Shown: in pieces, positions 12,493-24,404 of the stretch
Position numbering within the stretch: the first letter of the stretch is position 1
Layout: each line of letters starts with the position of its first letter
Origin: Phaeosaccion multiseriatum
Lineage: Eukaryota > Protista > Ochrophyta, other classes
Direction of reading: 5' to 3'
DNA length: 64,000 bases
NCBI GenBank assembly: GCA_965112735.1
Contig: OZ218950.1
Span: forward strand, 3,100,001-3,164,000
Made by a program: the position numbers and the translations under genes
Notes under the pieces: model-generated
What the model saw: only the letters and a program-made list of their open reading frames with translations
Told to the model about the DNA's origin: nothing
The model's database searches: none

Positions 12493-12545
12493 TTTATGGC
12501 CCATAAAATATCCAAAACAATTATTTCGTGGGGCAGGTGCCCCAC
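12493..12545. repeat. Crypton right subterminal structure: TTTATGG-C-CCATAAA inverted repeat (12493-12507) and GTGGGGC-N4-GCCCCAC hairpin (12528-12545)
   Basis: Read directly; the same structure is in copy 2 at +11508. Confidence 0.85.
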
Positions 12546-12769
12546 TTCACGGTACTATTAGACATACGGACTACAGAGAACTGAAACTGAAAGTGTGTGT
12601 TGGGTTGGGTGGTGTGCCACAGGAGACGACGCCCCTCACGCGTTGGTGCTCCAATTTTTTTCTTTTCTTTTTTTTGTGTTACAAAGACGCGAGGCATCGA
12701 GAACTGAGCCGCCCCTAACGGGGGCTAATAAAGAGACCCAGACTGTACTAGTCAAAACACACCCTGATC

Positions 12770-14673
12770 ATGTTGCAGCAGGCGCGGCGGCTGATGCTTT
12801 ACCGCAATGGAGCAGCCTCTCCTGCGGCCTCTCCTCTCGCGGTGGCCTTGAGGTGGAGCACCTGCGGTGGGCGGACAGGGGGGTCTCTTCAGAGGGAAGA
12901 GTCAGAGGCGGACAGTGAGACGGCAATGACAGGAGCAGGAGCAGCAGCAGGGGTCGATCCCGAGCCAAACGCTCCAGGCGAGGGCCCCTCGAGTGCAGCA
13001 GAATGGTTGGTGGTTGGGGAGCAGCAGCAGCCTACCCTTGGTTTCATTAGTAGTAGCCAACAAAGCAGCAACCGCAGCATCAGCAGGAGGAGGAGGAGAG
13101 CAACGGTTGACAGACGAGAAGTGCAGCGGAAGAAAATAAGAAGCCTCAGGATGGTGGAGATTGCAAGGCGATCGGGGAGCCAGGTAAGACAGCGCACAGA
13201 AAAAAAAGTGCAATGGAAAAGATCCATGACTCACCTGTGTGCAGACGGGGCTCCACCCGCCTCCACTTTCAACTTGGCCACGTGCTGGAGTGCTGGAGGG
13301 AGATTCGTCCCTGACCAGCGTGTTTCTTCTTGCGGGTACAGCGCCCTAGACTCTCTCGAGGGCATACGGCCTCTTGCCCCGTCTCCCATACACCCATACA
13401 CCTGCGCGTAGGCATTATCGAAGTATGAACGGATGTTTGTGTGCGTCAGCGTTACTGACTCTACACTCGCCCCCCCCCCGCCGCTCTTTCCCCTTCCTTT
13501 CCCAATACAAACCTGACTTTGTTGCCCTGCTTATCCGAACTCCCTTGCTCCCCTAATATCCACCACACAGCCCCCCTGGGCCACCGACAAAAATCCCCGT
13601 CACAGTAAGCATGTCAGCAGCAGTATTTTCTCTGAGGACATGGACGGAGATGTTATCTTCAGGCAAATCCACAAGCTAGGCCAGGAAGAGAAGGTACTGT
13701 ATTGTACTTACAAGCGCGACTGACGTTGAGCCCTTTTTCGTTCAAAACACGTTCTCTCTTCTCCCCCCACGCCCACACGCTGTTTTCCAATTGCAATGGG
13801 TCGAGGCGTCGCGCGAGCTAGTTCCAAAGTCTCCCGTAACTGTACTTCACTCACTCGTTGTTCCTTTCTTTTCGGCGCTTGTGCTCCTCAGTACGAGCAG
13901 GTGAAGCAACTCCTTCGTGACGCAGGCGAACGCGGCATCCGTCTCAGCCGTGGGGTGTTCAGGGCAGCGATATCGGTGTGTGGGAACAGTGGGGACTGGA
14001 GGGATGGAGAGTTGCTACCTGTTCAATATATCAGTCACCCAGATGCCACCACTCCACTAGGGAATCACCCGTGTGTGTGTGTGTGGGTGGGTGTTCCCGC
14101 GGGCACTTGTCGCTTTGCGTAGCCTCTTCCGCTTCTTGCTTCGCGGCGTCTTTCGCTCCCTACTTTCTTTGAAATTGCTCATACTTTCAATGCTGCATCA
14201 TGCTCTCTCGACCTACGCTGCATCTTGGCTCCCGCTCATCTCATGGCTGCATCCTTTGATTGCTCCCTGTGTACTCCTCGTTGCCATCCTGTCCTGTCCT
14301 GTGCATCGGACTGTTCATTCATCCCCCTGACTTGACCTCCACCTCTTGCCTCTGCCCCCGCCCCCTGCATCCGGTACTGCAGACGCTTGACGTGGGCGGA
14401 CAGTGGCGCGACGCCCTTGATATACTCCGAGATATGCGGGACGTGTACTTGCTTCCTCTGGACGGGGTGAGTGCTCACATCACACAACATCGGAGTTGGA
14501 TGGGATGGGCCATTCACACCTTCTCTCGTTGGGCCCGGTGGATTGTGCGCTCTGTGGAGCGAATAGTTTCATTCATTGATGGCATGGAGCTTCGAAGAGA
14601 GCACGCTGGAATGCGCGCGAGAGAGAGGATTCTTTCTGTCCATCCCAGCAACAGTAGTAGTAGCAGTAGCAGC

Positions 14674-14723
<50 letters not shown>

Positions 14724-16148
14724 CACATGCCATATGACTCATCTTGCCCTGCTTGCCCACCCCTACCCCCCCCAAAGGTTTGTTACGAGATTCTAATTAA
14801 GGCGAGCGGCTTGGACGGAGAGCGCGCAGTCATGCTCGACCTTTTGCGGGAGGTGAAAGAGGTATGTGAGTGTGTGAGTGTGTGTGAGTGTGAGAGTGTG
14901 TGTGTATGTGAGTGTGTGTCTGTGAGTGTGTGTATGTGAGTGTGTGTGTATGTGAGTATGTGTGTGTGTGTGAGTGTGTGTATGAGAGTGTGTGTGTGCA
15001 TGTGAGTGTGTGTGCATGTGAGTGTGTGTAATTGAGTGTCTGTGTGTATTTGAGTGTGTGTGGGGGGGGGTGGGTGGGGTCTTTGTGAGGGGAGGGAGGC
15101 TGAGATAGAAAGCCGGTCAGATTGGCAATCAGTCATCCGTCAGTCAGTCAGTCAGTCAGTCAGTCAGTCGGTCGGTCTGTCAGTCGTTCAGTCAGTCGGA
15201 CCGGCGGAAGAACCGCAGGGCAGGGAGAGCTCACATGTTGATGCATCATTTCACAGAGGTCGAAGGTGAACCAACAAGGTCGGCGTCTAATGCAGATGGG
15301 CAGACAATCTCCAGGCCTCACTCCCTACAACCCCTGCCAGTCTCACCGCTGCCCTCCTCCTCCTCCTCCTCCTCCTCCTCCTCCTCCTCCTCCTCCTCCT
15401 CCTCCTCCCTCTCTTCTTCCTCCTCCTCCTCCTGATCCTCTTTCTCCGTTGCCGTGGGTGTTTTTACATGTGTGTCTCGCAGCACGGCGATGAGGACCTC
15501 GCGAGGAGGGCCTTCAATACTGCCATTCGCGTCAACGTCATGTCCGAGTGAGTTCTCTGGAATACTTACCATTGTACTCCAACCTCTCCTCCTCCTCCTC
15601 CTCCTCATGCTCCTGTATGAAACGAAGCAGACTCTTTTCACTTCTGTTGACCCTGCGGTGCTCTGCCCCCCCCCCCCTCCCACCCCCTCTTCTCGCTTCT
15701 GTGCACGAATGAATCGCCTCTACAAAGCGACCTCAAGGGCGCGTGCAGCATTATAGAGCAAATGGAGCGCGGCGACGGGGAGATGGAGCTGTGCCGCATG
15801 GTAATTCAGTGACTGACGGACTGTAGCACTCCTGTGATCATTTCCACTCACTGTGATACTTACCACTGACTGATGCCGTTATATTGACCCACTTTCTCTC
15901 TCTCTCTCACACACACATACACTGTTCCCACCCTCAACCGGAGCAGATGTACATTCCCATGATCGCTCTATATGGGCGGGCAGGCAAGCCGGACGAAGCT
16001 GTGAGACTCTTTGAGGTGAGGAGGGGGGACAAAAAGGAGGAAGGGGCAAGGGAGTATGCGAAAACTGACGAGAAACGGACTTTGAGTTCCGCTTTTCAAG
16101 GCTGTCCAAAGCAAGTCCCTCTCAAGCCCACTCTGACCCAATGTCTTT

Positions 16149-16197
<49 letters not shown>

Positions 16198-19100
16198 CTT
16201 CTCCCTTGCACTGTGCTCACTTGTGCCGGGGGCAATTGCATTTTGGGCGTAAATGTGGTTCTGTGTCCTGGAATGGAATGGAATGGAATGGCGCTGCAGC
16301 AAATGGCGTATCGCGGCATAGAGAGGAATCGAGAGGCGTTCATGGCCACCATCCGAGCGTGTGCAGCGGGCGGCTGGCACGAGAGGTGAGGGGGGGAGGG
16401 GGGGAGGGAGGGAGGAAGGGAGGCAGGGAGAGCATGAGAGGGCGAGATTGCAAGTGTCAATCGTGCACAAATGCATGTCTCTCACGCTTTGCACACTCCC
16501 CTCCCTCCCATCGTTGTCCCAACGACCCTTTTTTCCCATGCTCCTCTTGGTATGCGTGCGTGCGTGCGTGCGTGCGTACGTGCGTGTGTGCAATGTGCCC
16601 CGCTCTTGCGGTTTGGCTTGCCCTCACCTCACCTCATCTTCATCTCACTTCACTTCATGCCACAGGGCCCTTCTGCTGTTCTCGCACATGGAGAGCGAGG
16701 GCTTCCAGCCGAGGGCCAGCGAATACCTAAGTGCCATGTTTGAGTGCGAGGAGAAGGCGGACCTCCAGGGGGCCCTGCGCATTCTAGAGACCATGCTGGA
16801 AGAGGTACGTGCGTGCGTGCGTGTATGGATGCGTGGATGTTTGTGTCTGCGTGCGTTTGTGCCTCTTGCGATGAATGACACTCCGTCTTCCCATCTCCGG
16901 CCGCCACTGCCGCCGCTCAGGGAGTGCCAGTGAGCAGCTCAGCGTGTCGGGTGGGAATGAAGGCCGTCATGCAGAGGGAGGGGGGAGACGACCTGAAGGG
17001 GCAGGGGAAGGGGGTAGAGGCGGGCTTGCAGGGGGCGGAGCTGTGGCTGAGGAGAGTGCTCGAGGTGAGTGACTGACATGGGCGTTGGCGTTGGCGTTGG
17101 CAATCGTCATTGACCTCAGATCGATCAGGGAAATGGGAGGGGGATGGCGGTGAGGGGAGGGCAAGGAAGGGGAGGGGAGGGGAGGGGAGGGGAGGGATCT
17201 GGCACCTCGCACTTGCTTTATCCCTGTTTGAAACTCGGCACTTGGTGATGGTCAGTGGCCACTCCTCTCACTTACGTACTCACTTACGTACTCTACATGT
17301 GCGCAAGACCCCAAAAGCTCTGCACTGAACCCTACTCTTACGACCGACCCACCCACGCACACACACCCCACGCACGCACAAACGCACGCACGCACACGCA
17401 TGTCCGCCCATGCACATGCCCCCCCCCCCCCCCCGGGACCCACACACACACACCCAGGGCGAGGTGTGCCCACCCCCAAGGAAGAGCGACCTGCTGCTCG
17501 TCCAATGCGTGATGCTGCAGCTGCTGGAGGCGGCGGGGCGGACAGAGGCGGCGCTGGAGCTCATGAGGGTAGAGAGGCTTGAGCACCGGGTCGACAAGTA
17601 CCTTAGGGAGAGGAGCGCAAACAGGAACAGGAATCGGAGGTGGAACAAAAACAGGAGGAGCAGGAGGATCAGCAGGAACTCAGCAGGTGGAGGTAGAGGA
17701 GGAGTTGGCGGTGGGGGTGGCGGTGGCGGCTCGCTCCTTCCTCTCACGCCCCTCAACCAAAGCAGCAGGACAACCCCACCCCACCTCGAGGCCCCGTATG
17801 CTGGGCATGCTGGTCCTGCTGCTGCTGCTGCTGCTGCTGCGGATGACGATAATAATGCGTATGACGGTAGCGATTATGGCGGACAGCAGGAGAGGGATCG
17901 CAGTCCTGATACCACCACGATGAACAACAACTACTACAACAACATCATCAACAACAACAACAACAACATCGACAGCAACAACCACTACAACTACAAGTAC
18001 AGGTGTGAGGGGTCGTTACGAGACCTTGAAGACGTCATCTTGATGTACGGAGCCGTAGCTCGGGCTTTGGCTGCGACTGGACTGCTGGCGGACAGCGTCA
18101 AGATCCTTCAACAAATCCCACGAGCGGTTTCCCTCAGGGCCCGTCAACGAATCCCACCGGACTCTGGGTGGCTTGGTGAGACAAGAGGGGTTGCTGGGGT
18201 TGCTCGAGGTCTTGCTCAGTGTTGGTTTCATCTTCCGGCTTCCCTTTCTCCGAGTGATACGAGGCTTGAGCTTGAGATGCCTCGAGGTGCTTTCTTCACG
18301 CGCGTTTCCGTCTCTCCTCCTCCTGCTGCTACTGCTACTGCTGCTGCTCTTGTTGTTGTTGCTGCTGCTGCTGCTGCTGCTGTCCCCCCACAGACTCCAC
18401 AGAGGAGTCCACCTTCGAGTGTGTGTTGGAGGCTTGCGGGCGCCAGGGAAAGGTAGAGCTTGCCGAGCAGACGCTGATCGCCATGTTTAAAATGCAAGTG
18501 GAGCCCTCGCCCACATGCTACTCCTGGGTAAGTCGGGTCGGTCGATTCACAGAGTATCAGAGAGAGAGAGAGTGAGAGAGAGAGTGAGAGAGAGAGGGGG
18601 GGCTGTCTCAGTCCGTCGTTTGGCATACATAACATACCTCGTGTCTTATTACCTGCATGTATTGATGCATCTCCATCATGACTTGACTGACAATGGTTGG
18701 TTTGGTTTGGTTTGGTTTGGTTCCCTTCTCTTCCCCTCCTTCGCCTTCGCAAACAAACGTAGGTACTGGTGGCTTGTGCCATGCAGGGAGAGGCAGGCGC
18801 GGCGGTGGACATTCTGTCTCGTGTCCGGGCCTCTGGGGTGGAGCTCGGCTCACTGGGGTACAATGCTGCGATAATTGCTTGCGCCAAGGGCGGGCGGCTG
18901 GAGCAGGCCGTGGCTCTGTTCGAAGCAGCGAAGAGCGCGAGGAGGAGGCCGGGAGGCGACAGAGAAGAGGAGGAGGGAAGGGTTGAACAGGAGCGGGAGC
19001 AGGGGCAGGGGCAGGGGCAGGAGGAGCTGCAGATTGAGATCAAGGGTCAGACTTACCAGGAGTTGATTTCCGCCGCCGCAGCAGCGCAGGAGGAGGGCCC

Positions 19101-20390
19101 TCATCGCGTAGAGCTGGTGACAAGGCTCTTCGAGGAGAGGAAGCAAGAGGCCAAGAGACTGGGGCCGTGTAGAGCGCGCATGTTGTCCACGGTTCTGTGG
19201 TGCTACACCCGCGGGGGCAAGGAAGACCTTGCCATTGAGCTCATGCGAGAGCTGATCCAACAAGAGCAGCTAAGGGGAGAGCTCACGTGGCCGGAATACC
19301 TGCCTCTACCGGTGTTTCCGAGTTTGAGTGGTGGCAGGCGGGGGGTGGGTGGCGGGGGGTGTGGCAGTGATGTCCAGAGCACGCCACCTGCTACTGCTAC
19401 TGGCAGTGCTGGTGGTGGTACTGGTGCTGATGCTGGTCGTGGGGATGGTGAAGATCTCCCCGCGAGGACTGAGAGTAGTGTCGCTTTCCACAGGAGGAAG
19501 AAGAAGGAGCAGCGGCAGGAAGAGGAGAGAACCGGCGGAGGCTCGCTGACGCGCATCAATACGTCGTGCTTCAACGCCGCGATGAGCGCTGCGATAAGGT
19601 AGGGGCGTAAGGTAGAGGAGAAGGCATCGATTGACTGTTGAGACATGGTCCAACTGACCACTGAAGGCGCTACAGGACGGTCTCTCTCACACACTCGTTT
19701 ATCTCTGTCTCTCTCCCTCTCTCTCTCCCTCTCTCTCTCTCTCTCCCTCCCCATCCCCCTCCTTTTCATACACATGTGTGCATGTATGCTGTGGGTGTGC
19801 ACGCTGTGTGTGTTTGCCGTGTTCCATCTCTAAGGCTGGACAACTCGAGCAGCGCGGCCACAGTGCGGTGGCTCATGGCCTCCATGGTGGGCCTCGCTCC
19901 CGGCAAGAGTCGATTGGCCCCAGACAAGGACTCCTTCCGCCTGTACCTCTGGGGCACAGCCAAGTCGGGAGAGGTAAGCGGCGTATATTTGTGTGTGTGT
20001 ATGTATGTGTGTGTGTGTGTGTGTGTGTGTGGAGGTTTGTCTGCTCTGTCTGCTCTGTCTTGTCTCTCAGTCTGTCCTTCCGTCCTTCCGTCAGATATCT
20101 ATCTGCACTAGGCACTAGGGAGGCTTCCTTCTCTCCGTCCCGCTCTCGCCGCACTTACTCGTGCCCTCCCCCCTCCCCTCCAACAGGTTGATGACTTCGT
20201 ACGTGCAGTGGACGAGGCGCGGGATGCCAACTGTGATGTGGTGACTGAGGACAGCTTTGCCGCGGCTGTGCTCAGGGCCCGCGCAAGAGGCAGTGACGCA
20301 GGAGAGGAGCGAGCGAGGAGGCACCTCGCCGTCGTGGCCGAGAAAGGACTCGACTGCTGGTTGGAGAGAGGAAGGAAGACAGTGAAGTAG
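12770..20390 (+). CDS. Pentatricopeptide repeat (PPR) protein, multi-exon, probably organelle-targeted
   Basis: PPR-type units across exons: YEILIKASGLDGE..., MYIPMIALYGRAGKPDEAVRLFE, AFMATIRACAAGGWHERALLLFSHMESEG, YNAAIIACAKGGRLEQAVALFE, CFNAAMSAAIR; Arg-rich N-terminus; stop at 20390. Internal exon structure not fully resolved. Confidence 0.8.
14862..15062. repeat. Intronic degenerate (GT/GA)n microsatellite
   Basis: Begins at the splice donor GTATGTGAGTGTG... Confidence 0.9.
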
Positions 20391-20470
20391 ATGTGTCTTG
20401 TTTGTTGGTCGCCCAGTTGTAGGAGAGGAGCGAGGGGAAAATACTTTATTGACTTAATAGGAATCACCTA

Positions 20471-21104
20471 AGAAACTATTGATGACCGGTTTTGGTGGGG
20501 CGAGATGCCCCACTCGGTGAAAGTGGGTATTTTTAGTACCCAATTTTTTTAAAAGTGGGTATTTTTAGTACAGTACCCAATATGGACCAGTAGCGCCCCT
20601 CCCCCCCCCCCTCCTTTTTGGTGTATCTCTCCCCTCCTCCTCCAAAATATACTACGCTATGATATGACGATTTAATGGTATTACCACGATAACAATGGTA
20701 TTCATATTTACAGACACACTTAGTGTCCGTCCTCAATCATGCATGGCATACAGTAGTAGTCAAAATCGCCTTCCGCAAAACCCTTGCTGTCGCAAAACTC
20801 GACGGTGCACATGTGGTGCACGAGGTTTCCACACGCTCTTTCGGATGGGCAGAGGAACAGCTTGACTTGCGAGGGCTTAGTACAGCCATACGAGCATGTG
20901 AAGGCCATGTCTCCCTCTCTCAAGCCGCCCAACGACGGCGCTGCTGACGCGGCAGCAGCGGCAGTAGCGGCCGCAGCGGCCGCATCAGAGGCAGCAGCAG
21001 AAGCAGCATCAGAAGCAGTACCAGTACCAGTACGCTGTTTTTTTTGGGCCCCCCTTCCCCCACCCCTTCCTCCTCGTCCTCCTCCGGCTCCGCCTCCTCC
21101 TGTT

Positions 21105-21138
<34 letters not shown>

Positions 21139-24094
21139 TGCTGCTGCCACCTCCCTCCTCGTCGTCCTCTGCACCGCTATCACCTCCATCCCCCTCCTTC
21201 GACTCGTCTGCACCAGTGCCACTTTCCTTCGCCCTCGCCCGCTTCGCCCGTTTTTTCGCGTCCGCCTGCTGCGCGCTCCATAAATTATACACGGTGGTCC
21301 ACACCAGCTGATTGAAGCGGCGCTTGTGAGAATCAGAACGAGACTTGATGTCAAAGGCGTCTTTGACTGCGTCAAACATGCTTCGCGCTTCTTCAAGCGT
21401 CGGCTTGTCCTTCCAGAGCCCCTTTTCTTTCGCCGCGGATTCAATCGCACCCATCAAACAGCAAAATTTTGACATCCTTCGCTTCTCCGCCCTCCCCTGC
21501 ACGTCTGCTGTCGTGAATTCTCGAAGGCGAGGAGTGCCTGTCATCCAAGCATCCCAAGCAGCGCGCACAGTGAAGCTAGGGACCTCAAAGTGCTCGGGAA
21601 GGGTATGCCACCGGCCGTTGTAGAGATACAGAGGTGGCTGATCTGCACCTGCACAAGAAGAAGAAGAGGGCGGGGCGCTGCTCGAACCCTCACCAAGGCC
21701 CAGAGTGCCTGCCTGGTGAGCCGCGAGAAGGTCGCTGAGCCCACTCTTAGAAAAGGCTGCGTCGAGGGTCGTCTGCAGGGCCCTGCTCACACCCAGACTG
21801 GTGACAGTGCCAGAGGCCTGTGCATTCTCCTCCAGAACGTCACGGATCAGCGTCTCCAAGTCGACCTTGATCGTCTGGCCCAACACCTCAAGCTTGCCGC
21901 CTAGAGAGGCCACGCTGTCCGCCACGACTTGGAATTGCCTCAGCTGCACGACGTGGGGAGGAATCCCGGTTGCAGAAATCTCGTCCGTCTCGTCCGGATA
22001 CTTCAGCACGACATGCTCTGAAAGGTCCGCCAGCAACCTTTGATCTCGGAAGAGCTGTGTCGTGAAAAGAGGGTGATTCTCCTGAAGAGTGCTGCGCAGA
22101 AAGCCGGCGTGGTACACCACACTGGCAAGACAGAATTCAGCCACCTTCCTCAATCTCAGCGGCACGTCCCTGAAGCAGCTCACAATGGCTCCCGCGAGCA
22201 CGTCTTCAATGCCCTCCTTCGCTGTGCCGTCCACCTTGAGGCGCTGAAAAAAGGGAGGAAGCAATGCAAACTCCTTCGCTGAGATGTTCGCCCCGGAGGC
22301 AGCCCGGCCCACATACTGATCTGCTGCATTGATGGGGTTGAAGTAGATGCCCTGGACGCCGGGAAGAGACCATCCCATTCGAAGTTGCACAGCAATTGGG
22401 TTGGGAGCAGCGGACGAGCCGCTTGTGACGTGCGAGGCAGCGCCCTTGCGCCCAGAATGAGTGCCGAGGTCCTCTGGAGTCAGCCCCATGCCTTCCAAAA
22501 TGGACGAGTTCGCCGCCGCCGTACGTCTGAGGAAGCCGCAATACCTATCGTACTGATTGTTGCCAGCGAACAGCGCGTTCTTCTCAAAACCAAAGCTCAG
22601 GAGGTAAACACCAAGCGCGAGGACGGGGCAGATCTCCGGCATGATTGGATTCGCGTAGACGTGGCGAGGATGTCGGGCCTTCTCTCCCAGCTGGTCGCCC
22701 TTTTGCTTCCCAAAATAGACGCAGAGCGCGTCCCCCTTCCACTCGAGATGATCGAGACAAATCTCCACACAGTTGGTGGCGCGGCACATCAGATTCCAGG
22801 AGAGAACGAGGAAGGGGTGGCCAAAGGCGCCCTGTCTGTGCCCGTTCTCACAGACTGCCGAGCTCAGCATTGCTGCGATGTACACAAGCGAAGGAAACAG
22901 TGGCAACCAAAGACGGCGTCAGGGCTAGGAAGTGAGTGGGGGGCAGTCAATGCATCAGCCACTTGTCTCCACCCACTCCACTAGTTTCCACTGTCCACTG
23001 ACTCCACACAGCTGGGAATTTACCTTTGGCAAGAGCGCGGTAGAGAGCGAACGGCATGGGAGCCTTCCCTTCTCTGACTTCGACATTTCCCTCCTGCTTC
23101 TCTCCTGCGATCGTCCTCTTCAGCCCCTTGGTGAGCGTCGCAAGGTCGCTTTGCAATTTGCGGTGCTGCTCCTCCTGATGGTAGTCTCTGTACAGATTGA
23201 AGAGTGCAGAGCGTTTCGACTGTGCACCGGCCTTGGATAAGCCCTTCGGCCCCTTCTTGACTTCAAGCAGCCACCCGAAGAACGCGTCGGCTGTCAGCAG
23301 ATGGAACAGCAAAGGGTGCGGCGCCCGAGGTGCTTGGATCAAGTGTGCCTTCACCCGCTTCGTCCACTGCGCCTCAGCCTTCTTCTTGGCCTTTGCTTGG
23401 GCTTTCGCTGCTCTCGACACCTCAGCCGGCGTCTGCTGTGCCGCTGCAGTGGCACCACCCGCTCCGCCAGGTGCGGCGGCTGCTGCGGCTGCTGCTGCTC
23501 TCCTCTGTGCTTCCTCCTCTTCCCCATCTTCCCCGTCTTCCTCCTCTTCCCCCTCCGGTGGAGCAAATGCTGTCCTGAAGTCAGGGTCCAGAAGCTCCGG
23601 GTGCTTGCGGAAGAGGTATCGGATCAGCATCGTGGAGGCGCATGCATATCCACTTCTCGAGCGTGGGGCGATGGTGTTGTTTCGGGGGTTCTGAATCTGC
23701 TGCTGCTCTGCAGTAAGCGGTGCTTCTTCCCCCTCTGCTGCTGGTGCTTCCGGAACCGTAGCAACAGCGACGTCAGCCATGGTATACTCTGTTCTCCTGC
23801 AAATTCACGTGGGAGATGCCCCTCCCACCACTGGCATCAGCTGTTACAGCCGGGTATCGTCCGCGCAGCCGCTGCTCCTCTTACATAGCTGCACTGTGCA
23901 AATATGCTGATGCTGTGAATGAAATAAACTCCACGTGGGGAGGGGGGGGAGAATGCCCCACAACCAAAAAATATTGGATAAAAAACTTGAAAAACGAGCA
24001 TTTATGGCCCATAAAATATCCAAAACAATTATTTCGTGGGGCAGGTGCCCCACTTCACGGTACTATTAGACATACGGACTACAGAGAACTGAAA
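20471..24094 (-). mobile_element. Crypton-type tyrosine-recombinase DNA transposon, copy 2
   Basis: Same orientation and sequence as copy 1 except one fewer unit in a (CAG)n tract; ORF translations in the different frames are otherwise identical. Confidence 0.9.
20720..23780 (-). CDS. Crypton tyrosine recombinase with PHD-like finger, about 969 aa; exons 23780-23024 and 22872-20720
   Basis: Identical to the copy 1 protein apart from one Ala in a poly-Ala tract. Confidence 0.9.
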
Positions 24095-24404
24095 GTGTGA
24101 AAGTGTGTGTGTGTGTGTGTGTGTGTGTAGGTGTCGCTGTGTCTCCGGGGCCCGCGAGGGGCCGGTTACTCCCCCTCTAGGGCGGGGAGGGGGAGTGCGG
24201 GACCGGCTCCGCGGTTGAGCCGGCCCAGGAAGGCGCGCTGCAGCGAGGGGAAAAGAAAAGAGAACAAATTGCAAATGTCAACTGCAAGTGAAGAACCAAC
24301 GTGAATTTCGGGCCACTTGCTTGATTCGGCCCACAAAGCCGTGGAGGGTAGAGGGCTCCTTCTTGAGGGCTGTGAGGCAGCGTTTAGACAAATCATTCGT
24401 TCAG

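Larger units (their letters stand above)
8960..12586 (-). mobile_element. Crypton-type (CryptonS-like) tyrosine-recombinase DNA transposon, copy 1
   Basis: Near-identical to 20471-24094; encodes a tyrosine recombinase and no RT or DDE enzyme; no long TIRs or TSD; AT-rich ends with subterminal hairpins. Exact termini uncertain; weaker homology extends to about 8899 and 12600. Confidence 0.9.

Noticed and set aside
12571-12580. TACAGAGAA resembling the U6 snRNA ACAGAGA box
   Set aside because: No other U6 sequence (e.g. GATTAGCATGGCCCC) nearby; chance match
8960-24094. DIRS retrotransposon, prophage or Polinton interpretation of the tyrosine recombinase
   Set aside because: No RT/RNase H, capsid or polymerase genes; a single intron-containing recombinase gene fits Crypton
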